Origin: Nanobdella aerobiophila | GTDB taxonomy: Archaea; Nanobdellota; Nanobdellia; Nanobdellales; Nanobdellaceae | Reading direction: 5' to 3' | Assembly (NCBI RefSeq): GCF_023169545.1 | Contig: NZ_AP019769.1 | Coordinates: forward strand, 630,001-662,000 | DNA: 32,000 bases | Part shown: in pieces, positions 1-7,510 of the stretch | Layout of the letters: every line of letters begins with the position of its first letter | How positions within the stretch are numbered: the first letter of the stretch is position 1 | Program-made: the position numbers and the translations under genes | Notes under the pieces: model-generated | Databases searched by the model: none | What the model was told of the DNA's origin: nothing | What the model saw: the letters and a program-made list of their open reading frames with translations, nothing else

Positions 1-23
1 ATAAAATAAAATTATTAGGGTTC

Positions 24-2959
24 GAGTAGATTATATAGCTTCACGGGATATTCAGATAGTCAGCTGAACTCCTTTACGGAGCTTACACTGCTATCTTAAC
101 GGATCTTCTATCCGAGCCCTTAATGGCTGTCTATTTTCAAGGAAGGCTTCACCCTTAGATGCTTTCAGGGCTTATCCTTCAGGGTGTGGCTACCGGGCCT
201 GCCCTTTTCGGACAACCCGTAAACTAGAGACCCCGATCCACCGTTCCTTTCGTACTAGGTGGACCTTTCCCTCAGACAGCCGACACTTCCGACAGTTATA
301 ACCGAGCTGCCTCGCGGCGCTCTAAACCCATCTCACGATCTCCTTTAATGGGTGGGCACCCCCACCCTTGGCGGCTTCTGCACCACCAGGATGGAGAGAG
401 ACGACATCGATGTCGCAAACCGCGGGGTCAATAGGGGCTCTCGCCCGCGACGGCGCTGTTACCCCCGGAGTAGCTTTTTCGCCAGCCCATACCCCCACCA
501 AAGGGAGTATGGGGTTCGCTAGGCCCAGGTTTCCCTCCTGTATCCCTTGATGGTCAGGATACAGCCAGGCTAGCTTTTGGCCTTGTCCTCTACAGCGGAT
601 TTCTAACCCGCTTGAGCTAACCATATGGACCCTGCCGATATCTTTTCGGCAAGGTGCCGCCCCAGCCAAACTGTCCACCTGCTGATGTTCCCTTTCGGGT
701 CAGCCTTAAAAGATTTGGAGGTGGGTGTTTCATCGTCGCATCTTTCTTACCTAGCGGCAAGAATTCATAGCTCCCCACTACACTACACACCAAATCTTTC
801 AAGGCAACAGCAAGCTACAGTTAAGCTTCACGGGGTCTTTTTTACCCATCGGAAGTCCCTGGCTTTCTCACCAGGATGGCTTTTCAGGAGGTACCAGCCC
901 GGGACAGTGGCGGACTAGTTACGTCGTTCGCAAAGCCGGCAATTAACCGGCAAGGCATTACGCTACCTTAAGAGGGTCAGAGTTACCCCCGCCGTTTACC
1001 GGTCCTTAGCTCCCTTGAACGGGAGGTTCAGATACCGACACTGAGCAGACGTCACCCCCAGTACACATCCTTTCGGACTAGCTGGGAGCTATGTCTTTAA
1101 TAAACAGTCCGCCCGCCCTTGTAACTGCGACCTGCAGTACTATGTACCGCAGGCATCCCTTATCCCAAAGTTACGGGACCATTTTGCCGAGTTCCCTGGA
1201 CTGGTTTAACCTCACGGCCTTAGGCTGTTCACCCAGAGGACCAATACTGGATTGCGGTACGATCGTTCGGAATCGCATCTTTTTCCTTTTCATTGCTAGA
1301 AGGCCTCGGCAGAACCTTTCGGCCCGTCAGGATTTAAGCTGGTTCTCATCATGACGATACTCCCCAGCTTTATCTCCCTTAGTATGATAGGTAGATTTTA
1401 CTCTACCCTCATATCTGCCTAGCCCTCTAGGTCGGAAAAAGAAGTTGCGTCACCGCATCTATCCGAACGGTAGAGGAATATTAACCTCTTTCCCTTTCTC
1501 CGAATCCCTCTCGGGAATCGGATTAGGATCGACTAACCCCAAGCTGATCTTCATAGCTTGGGAAACCTTTCCCCCTTCGGCCAATAGGATTCTCACCTAT
1601 CTCATTCTTACTACCGCAGAGATCTTCATTCTCAACGGCTCCAGGTTTCCTTTCAGAAACCCTTCTAGGCCATTGAGACGCCCACCTACCTCACGCCGGA
1701 CAATGTCCAGCGGACTAAGGTCTCGGCAGCCAACTTAGACCCGTCCGTTTGCGGAGCCTATCTCCTCGCCAGGTGAGTTGTTACACACTCCTTAGATGAT
1801 AGCCACTATTGGGCCCACATCCCTGGTGTCTTAGGAAATAGACTCCTTCTAAATCTATTAGCTGGCATTTTGGGGCCTTAACCTTAGTCTCGGTTGTTCC
1901 CGTCTCGGAATTGCGGATTTCCCGCAATCCCCTGCTCCCAGATAAAGGACCTTACAGCTTCGGAGTTGGACTCTATATGGGAATCCCATATAAAATCCGT
2001 AGCTCTACACTGTAAGGATCCGATCTGAGGCCTGGCTAAGGTCAGTTTCGGTAGGGACCGGCCATAACAGGGCCCGATTGGCTTTTCACCTCTATTCCGA
2101 AGTCATAAGAGAGGTCATCCCCAGCTTTTCGGGCCTCCACGGTAATCCGCTTCACCCTGCTTCGGAATAGATCGCCCCGTTTCCGGTCATACCTGAGTGA
2201 CTTTACTGCTCTTATGGAACAGCGCCCCTCGGAATCCTACGGGCTTTCGGTTTCCCTTCGGCTTCGGAATAACCTTAACCTCGCCACTCAGGTAAACTCC
2301 TCTGCAAATTCTTCAAAACTCACGGTAAAACAGGATAATATTGTACAATGTACAAATCCGTTACCGGATCTTCCATTGTACAATAAGTAACCTGCCTTAC
2401 CAGACAATATCCACCCGGTCTCAGGGTCTTTTCACCCTCTATCAAGAGTTCTTTTCACATTTCGGTCGCCCTACTCTGCGCTATCGGACTCGGGGAGTAT
2501 TTAGCATTAGGAGTTGGTAACTCCCATATTCCTGACGGAAATTCAACCGCCAGTACTCTGGAAGATAGAAATTTCCTAAATTATTACCCATACGGGGCTG
2601 TCACCCTCTGCGGCTCTGGACTTCCACCAAAATTCTAGGTAAATAATTTAGGAAAAGCTCTATCTCCCAACCCCACATCTCCTTTAGATTGCTCCAAAGG
2701 ATTCAGTTTGTGCTATTCCCCTTTCGGTCGCCCCTACTAAGGGAATCACTTTTGTTTTCTTTTCCTACGGGTACTAGGATGCTTCCCTTCCCCGTGTTCC
2801 CCTCCCTTACGGGATGCAAAGCAGGATATCCCATTCGGGCACCCCAAGATCGATGATTGCATGCATCTCCCTTGGGATTTTGGTAGCTTGCTACCCCCTT
2901 CTTCGGCTCCCGAGCCCATGCATCCACCGAGTGGATTCTTGAAGCTATATAATCTACTC
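24..2959 (-). rRNA. rrl: 23S (LSU) rRNA, apparently complete, including the terminal processing helix
   Basis: GC-rich ~2.9-kb block in an AT-rich window. The minus-strand reading near 2940-2880 gives a canonical LSU 5' region (AAGAAUCCACUCGGUGGAUGCAUGGGCUCGGGAGCCGAAGAAGGGGG). A perfect 20-bp inverted repeat (24-43 vs 2940-2959: gagtagattatatagcttca / tgaagctatataatctactc) pairs the 5' and 3' flanks like an archaeal pre-rRNA processing stem, extended by aggg 17-20 / ccct 2966-2969. Mature ends are not determinable by eye. ORFs predicted inside are spurious. Confidence 0.93.
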
Positions 2960-3042
2960 TCATTACCCTTCATTTAAGCATCAGGATCACCTCTTTATAT
3001 TTAATAAAGAGGATCACGATACTTAATATATTAAGAGTATAA

Positions 3043-3052
3043 TATTTAAAAA
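3043..3052. promoter_or_regulatory. Overlapping divergent TATA elements: TTTAAATA (minus strand, 3050->3043) for 23S rRNA and TTTAAAAA (plus strand, 3045-3052) for proS
   Basis: The plus-strand box is centred ~27 nt upstream of the proS ATG (3076), which predicts a leaderless mRNA. The minus-strand box predicts a pre-23S start near 3020. The background is AT-rich, so chance matches are frequent. Confidence 0.35.
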
Positions 3053-3075
3053 TATATCTTAAAGCCACTTTAATA

Positions 3076-4749
3076 ATGAATAACATGAATAAAGAAGAGA
3101 ATTATTCGGAATGGTATAACAATATAGTAAGAGCTGCAGATATTATAGATGATAGATTCCCAATAAAGGGTATGCCCGTATATAAGCAATATGGTTATAG
3201 TATAATAAGATATATATTAAAGGAATTGGAGATCTTACTAGACAATAATGGTTTTTACCCATCCTGGTTCCCAAACCTCATACCATATGATATATTTAAG
3301 AAGGAGAGCGAGCATATTAAAGGATTTGAAAATGAGGTCTTTTATGTAACACCTGCAAAACCGGTTGAAGAAGAAAGAGATATAAAATATATTTTAAGAC
3401 CAACTTCAGAAACTGAAATGTATTATATGTTTTCATTATGGATAAAATCATTTAGAGACTTACCTTTATTAACATATATGACGAATACTGTATACAGATA
3501 CGAAACTAAAGCTACAAAACCATTAATAAGGGGCAGAGAACTATTATGGAACGAAGCACACACCGCCCATAGAGATCTAGATGATGCTATATTGATGATA
3601 AACAAATCTAAAGAGATATATTCTAATTTATTCTGGAATAGATTACATATACCACATTTTTGGGTAAAAAGGCCAGATTGGGATAAATTTGCAGGAGCAG
3701 ACTTTACATATGCTGCGGAAACTATATTACCAGATGGTAGATTTTTACAAATAGGAACTACACATTTATTAGGCAGAAACTTTTCCCGAGCATATGATAT
3801 AATCTTTGAAGATGAACATCCTTTTATTAAAATAGATAAAGATACACTTGAAGCATATGATCAGAAAAATAATAAATATTTGATTAATTTTGAAAAAAAT
3901 CAGATTACAATTAAATATATAGAAAATAATGAAATAAAATTGGTGTATCAATTTCAAGAGCATAATAATGGTGATATAAATGAGGGAAATAAAGAATTAA
4001 TGAAAGATATAGAAAATAAAATTAAATCTATATTTAATAATGTAGAATTAAAAAAACAGAAATATGTATGGCAAACTTCATTCGGATTATCTATGAGGAC
4101 ACTCGCAGCTTTAATATCTATACATGGAGATAATAAAGGACTTATACTTCCATTTGATATAGCCCCTATACAAATAATTATAATACCAGTATATTATTCT
4201 GATGAAGATAAAAATAAGGTAATAGATTATTCAATAAAAATATATAATTTATTGAGAGATAAATATAGAGTAAAGATAGATTTTGATGATTCTAAGAGTC
4301 CCGGATGGAAATTTAATAATTATGAGTTACTTGGAGTACCATTAAGAATAACAATAGGAAAGAGGGAAATAGAAGATGCAAGTATAACTATATCTATAAG
4401 AATGTATAATGAGAAATATTATGATTTTAAGGCCGATATCGATAATTTAGGAAATACAATAAAGAAAATAATCGAAATATATGAGAATAAGATAATTGAA
4501 AGGGCAAAAAACTACTTAAATAATAAAATATTCAAGACAAATAATGTAAAAGATATAGAAAATAATCTAAATGCTAATATTGTTTTTAAGGCTCCATTTT
4601 GCATGAAAGAAGACTGCGCGGAAAATGTTAAGAAAAACTATAGCCTAGATATTAGAGGAACAGACATAAACCCGGAAACCGCAGAAGGAAAATGCATATT
4701 TTGTAACAATGATGCAAGATATTATGTCTATATAGGAAAGAGTTATTAG
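3076..4749 (+). CDS. proS: Prolyl-tRNA synthetase, archaeal/eukaryotic type, with a ~75-aa internal insertion
   Basis: N-terminal YSEWYNNIVRAADIID...PIKGMPVYKQYGY, class II motif region ILRPTSETEMYYMF, QTSFGLSMRTLAALISIHGDNKGLILP, and a C-terminal Cys-containing zinc-type domain ending in the conserved terminal Tyr (..IGKSY). Confidence 0.9.
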   Translation: MNNMNKEENYSEWYNNIVRAADIIDDRFPIKGMPVYKQYGYSIIRYILKELEILLDNNGFYPSWFPNLIPYDIFKKESEHIKGFENEVFYVTPAKPVEEERDIKYILRPTSETEMYYMFSLWIKSFRDLPLLTYMTNTVYRYETKATKPLIRGRELLWNEAHTAHRDLDDAILMINKSKEIYSNLFWNRLHIPHFWVKRPDWDKFAGADFTYAAETILPDGRFLQIGTTHLLGRNFSRAYDIIFEDEHPFIKIDKDTLEAYDQKNNKYLINFEKNQITIKYIENNEIKLVYQFQEHNNGDINEGNKELMKDIENKIKSIFNNVELKKQKYVWQTSFGLSMRTLAALISIHGDNKGLILPFDIAPIQIIIIPVYYSDEDKNKVIDYSIKIYNLLRDKYRVKIDFDDSKSPGWKFNNYELLGVPLRITIGKREIEDASITISIRMYNEKYYDFKADIDNLGNTIKKIIEIYENKIIERAKNYLNNKIFKTNNVKDIENNLNANIVFKAPFCMKEDCAENVKKNYSLDIRGTDINPETAEGKCIFCNNDARYYVYIGKSY

Positions 4750-4977
4750 GTAGCCGTAGGCCGCTTTTAGTATATATCTTTCTAAGCGGCAGACCTTGTG
4801 CCACTAGGCCATATTTCTCAAGGTATATATTACCAATCCTAGTTGATGAAGAATTGCTTCTTCATCTTAACTACTCATCTTTTTCGGTAATATACCCTAT
4901 ATTTCTTTTTATGTAGCCAGGGATCTCTCCCTCCGATATTCGGTAGTTGTCGGCAAGCGGACCTTCCAACGGCTACC
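4749..4977 (-). ncRNA. Unannotated structured RNA (~229 nt); candidate miniaturised RNase P RNA-like molecule (identity uncertain, strand probable)
   Basis: A 9-bp terminal helix (ggtagccgt 4749-4757 / acggctacc 4969-4977) encloses nested hairpins. Read on the minus strand, two hairpins are capped by GNRA tetraloops (GAGA = 4924-4927, GCAA = 4854-4857). A consensus TTTATATA lies 23-30 nt upstream (5000-5007). GGAAGGUCCGCUU (rc of 4955-4967) pairs with AAGCGGCCU (rc of 4758-4766), leaving one bulged U as in RNase P helix P4. It is preceded by AGAAAGAU and ACUAAA, which resemble CR-IV and CR-V. See findings. Confidence 0.6.
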
Positions 4978-4999
4978 TTTTTTATTCTTATCTTTCAAA

Positions 5000-5007
5000 T
5001 ATATAAA
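5000..5007 (-). promoter_or_regulatory. TATA box (TTTATATA on minus strand) for the 4749-4977 RNA gene
   Basis: The plus strand reads tatataaa at 5000-5007, i.e. positions -30 to -23 relative to the first nucleotide of the terminal helix (4977). This is the same spacing seen at tRNA-Glu. Confidence 0.4.
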
Positions 5008-5157
5008 TATGCCCAATGAAGAAACACCATTATTTACATATTTAGGATTATATAAATTTGGAAAAGAGAAGTCAAAGATAAAGTTAAACAGAGAGAAATT
5101 AATAATTTTTGTTATAATTATAGCGGCTTTAGTATATTCTCTTAATTTCTTAATATC

Positions 5158-5607
5158 ATGTCGGATCTTGTAGAAGATTTAGAATATAATAGAAAACTAA
5201 AGGAAGTATTGCATATATATAATGTCTCATTAAAGAATAATAAAGGACTGGAAACTATAAGAAATTTTATTAAATCGGCTGTGGATTATTATGATTATGT
5301 AATAGAATTATTTCTAGAGCGGGAATATAAGAATAATAAAATAAATGAGATACCAAAGACCCCAATAGAGCGCTATAATCTATTTCTTCATCTAATAAAT
5401 GATAAGGACATTGAAAATACTATGATTTATTATAAGAAACTAAGAACTTGTCTAAATTCTCATATAACAATACAAAATGAATATAGAAAAACTATGATAA
5501 TAGTATGTAAAGGCTACGAAACTGAGAATAAATTAACTATTAAGGATATTAAGGATATTATAGAAAATATAAGGAAATTTTCAAATTTAATAGTAAAATA
5601 TATTTAA
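5158..5607 (+). CDS. Hypothetical protein (149 aa), no recognisable motif
   Basis: Intact ORF whose stop overlaps the start of the downstream MinD-like gene (TAATG). Lys/Asn/Ile/Glu-rich and predicted helical. Confidence 0.5.
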   Translation: MSDLVEDLEYNRKLKEVLHIYNVSLKNNKGLETIRNFIKSAVDYYDYVIELFLEREYKNNKINEIPKTPIERYNLFLHLINDKDIENTMIYYKKLRTCLNSHITIQNEYRKTMIIVCKGYETENKLTIKDIKDIIENIRKFSNLIVKYI

Positions 5608-6365
5608 TGGCTAAGATAATTACCATATCTTCTGGAAAAGGTGGTGTAGGAAAAACCTTCTTTTCAATAAACTTATCTAGAGCATTATCAAAATTAGATT
5701 ATAGGGTTTTATTGGTCGACCTAAATTTAACAACTCCAAATGTATCAATAAATCTAAATCTTGGACATTTAGAAAACAATTTACATAAATATTTAAGAAA
5801 TGAAATAGATGATATAAATAAATGTATAATTAAGTTTAAAGAAAATTTCTATATATTACCAGGTAGCTTAGATATAAATGATATTTCATTTATATCTTTT
5901 GAAAGACTTCACAAAATTACTTTAGAACTATATAATGATTATGACTTTATAATAATAGATTCTGCTGCAGGAATTGGAAGGGAGTCTTTAGAAGCATTAA
6001 AAATTGGAGAAGAACTATTCATAATTACTAATTATGAAAAATCATCATTAGTAGATGCCTATAGAGTTATAAAAGTTGCTAATAATCTAAATACGAATAT
6101 TAAAGGCATTATAATAAACAAGGTAAAAAGGAAAATAAATTATATAAAAATTGAAAGGTTCTTAGGAAAAAACATATATGGAATAATACATTATGATGAT
6201 AATGTAGATAAATCTATAGAAAATGGTATGACTTTAATAGATTATAATATTAATAGTATAGCGTCTATAGATATAATAAAAATTGCTGAAAAGATTACAG
6301 GAAAAGATTTTGAAGAAACTAAAAATATTTTAAATGTTCTAAAAAATATATTTAGATGGAGATAG
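5607..6365 (+). CDS. MinD/ParA/Mrp-family P-loop ATPase
   Basis: Deviant Walker A SSGKGGVGKTFFSINLS near the N-terminus; Walker B-like FIIIDSAAG. Confidence 0.85.
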   Translation: MAKIITISSGKGGVGKTFFSINLSRALSKLDYRVLLVDLNLTTPNVSINLNLGHLENNLHKYLRNEIDDINKCIIKFKENFYILPGSLDINDISFISFERLHKITLELYNDYDFIIIDSAAGIGRESLEALKIGEELFIITNYEKSSLVDAYRVIKVANNLNTNIKGIIINKVKRKINYIKIERFLGKNIYGIIHYDDNVDKSIENGMTLIDYNINSIASIDIIKIAEKITGKDFEETKNILNVLKNIFRWR

Positions 6366-6622
6366 ATCTTGATCTAGATAATATAGAAAATCTAATCAAA
6401 GAGAATAAATATAAAAAAATATTATTACAATTACCAGACGGGTTAAAACCATATTCAAATATAATATACAATAGATTAAAAGAGAAATTTAAAGATAAAG
6501 AGCTATTTATTTGGTTCGGAACAGATTTCGGTGGCTGTGATATTCCAATATATATGGATAAGTTCGGTTTTGATCTAATTATACATTTTGGACATTCAAA
6601 ATTTTATAAATTAAAGCTATGA
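6356..6622 (+). CDS. dph2: Diphthamide synthase Dph2, N-terminal fragment only (88 aa; full-length archaeal Dph2 is ~330-340 aa)
   Basis: KKILLQLPDGLKPYS...IWFGTDFGGCDIP...FDLIIHFGHS aligns by eye to the first ~85 residues of archaeal Dph2 (..VLIQSPEGL...YGACD...ALIHLGHS), including the first Fe-S ligand Cys. The ORF then stops, and no Dph2-like sequence follows in any frame. Confidence 0.6.
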   Translation: MEIDLDLDNIENLIKENKYKKILLQLPDGLKPYSNIIYNRLKEKFKDKELFIWFGTDFGGCDIPIYMDKFGFDLIIHFGHSKFYKLKL

Positions 6623-6840
6623 ATAAGTATATATTATTTTTAGGTATATTATTTATATTAATTGGTTTTTCATTAATAATATTATATTCTTTGAAACAAT
6701 CTAATATAAAATATAGTGGTATAATACTAATAGGACCTATACCAATTATATTTACTAACTCTATAGACTTATCTATAATTCTATTAATTATTATTATAAT
6801 TATTGTAATTATTTTCCTCTTTTACAAGATAATCATATAA
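6619..6840 (+). CDS. Small two-TM membrane protein (73 aa), possibly of the DUF131-type archaeal family
   Basis: Two hydrophobic segments flank GIILIGPIPIIFTNS. I recall a GPIPI-type motif from a small archaeal membrane-protein family, but this is unverified. The start overlaps the Dph2-fragment stop (ATGA). Confidence 0.45.
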   Translation: MNKYILFLGILFILIGFSLIILYSLKQSNIKYSGIILIGPIPIIFTNSIDLSIILLIIIIIIVIIFLFYKIII

Positions 6841-7470
6841 TTCTTTCAGATTTTTAAATACTAATGTAGCACCTGCCGAGGATAATTCACTTTTCTTATT
6901 TACTCCACTAGCTATTCCGACTACATTAATACCTGCCCTTTTTGCCGATATTATGCCATATATAGAGTCCTCTATAGCTAAAACTGAATTTGGTACTATA
7001 TTTAATAGATTTATTGCCTTAATATAACAATCAGGTTCTGGTTTCGGTTCCTTTACATCATCTCCAGTTATTATGATATCAAAAAGGTTTATTATACCAA
7101 GATTTTTTAATACCTCTACTGCCAACCTTCTGGTATTTGATGTAACTACCCCTATTTTTAACTTTTTATCTTTTAGATAATTTAATAAATTCTTTGCACC
7201 TGGATTAAAATGAATTTTATCAATATATTTGGATATAATAAGATCTTCTGATTCTCTCAATATATCATCTACTGATGCATTTATATTATATTTATTCAAT
7301 ATATTTGATATCAATTCTCTTGGAGAAGCTCCAAAGGTATCAAATCCCTTTTCTGTGATAATATTATATCTTTCTAAGACAATTTTATGTACCTCATCAT
7401 ATACCTTTAAACTATTTATTAATGTACCATCAAGATCTATAATTACCGCCTTTAGATTATATATTATCAT
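6784..7470 (-). CDS. HAD-superfamily hydrolase (phosphatase / beta-phosphoglucomutase-like, subfamily IA)
   Basis: Motif I VIIDLDGTLINS, motif II VVTSN, motif III K...EDSIYGIISAKRAG. The low-complexity C-terminal tail (NNYNNYNNN) overlaps the convergent 6619-6840 ORF. Confidence 0.85.
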   Translation of the reverse strand: MIIYNLKAVIIDLDGTLINSLKVYDEVHKIVLERYNIITEKGFDTFGASPRELISNILNKYNINASVDDILRESEDLIISKYIDKIHFNPGAKNLLNYLKDKKLKIGVVTSNTRRLAVEVLKNLGIINLFDIIITGDDVKEPKPEPDCYIKAINLLNIVPNSVLAIEDSIYGIISAKRAGINVVGIASGVNKKSELSSAGATLVFKNLKELYDYLVKEENNYNNYNNN

Positions 7471-7510
7471 GAGAATAATATTTTAAGTAAAAACTATAAA
7501 TTTATATAGA

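Noticed and set aside
2325-2400. AT-rich segment inside the 23S rRNA that could be an intron or insertion
   Set aside because: It folds as a simple local helix (ttgtacaatg 2341-2350 / cattgtacaa 2384-2393, with an inner ATCCG-GUAA-CGGAU GNRA-capped hairpin on the rRNA strand). It lies ~600 nt from the 5' end, a known variable/expansion region. It has no bulge-helix-bulge splice motif and no ORF. It is most simply a lineage-specific expansion segment.
322-2973. Nine ORF-track entries (60-118 aa) on both strands between 322 and 2973
   Set aside because: All lie inside the 23S rRNA gene. Their Gly/Pro/Arg-rich translations reflect GC-rich rRNA sequence rather than the AT-rich codon usage of real genes here.
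2984-2993. GGATCACCTC on the plus strand as the 3' end of a 16S rRNA gene
   Set aside because: The preceding sequence has no similarity to the 16S 3' domain. It is 23S flank on the opposite strand, followed by AT-rich spacer. The match is retained only as a complementarity observation in the 23S leader.
4749-4977. Alternative identities and orientation for the structured RNA: SRP RNA, tRNA with intron or split-tRNA half, multi-hairpin H/ACA RNA, plus-strand transcript
   Set aside because: No SRP helix-8 (GGAA/AGCA loops) or Alu-domain UGUAA motif. No T-loop (GTTCRAATC), so it is not a tRNA or tRNA half. ACA triplets follow two hairpins, but I could not build convincing pseudouridylation pockets or K-turns. 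The plus strand has a T6 tract after 4977 and a weak TATA at 4729-4734, but it would turn both GNRA loops into UCUC/UUGC and lose the RNase P-like motifs. These alternatives are not excluded, only judged less likely.
5009-5173. 54-codon ORF (MPNEETPLFTYLGLYKFGKEKSKIKLNREKLIIFVIIIAALVYSLNFLISCRIL) upstream of the 149-aa orphan
   Set aside because: It is short and has no recognisable family. It overlaps the start of the 5158 ORF, and its own start sits directly beside the proposed minus-strand TATA box. ORFs of this size are easily produced by chance in AT-rich DNA.
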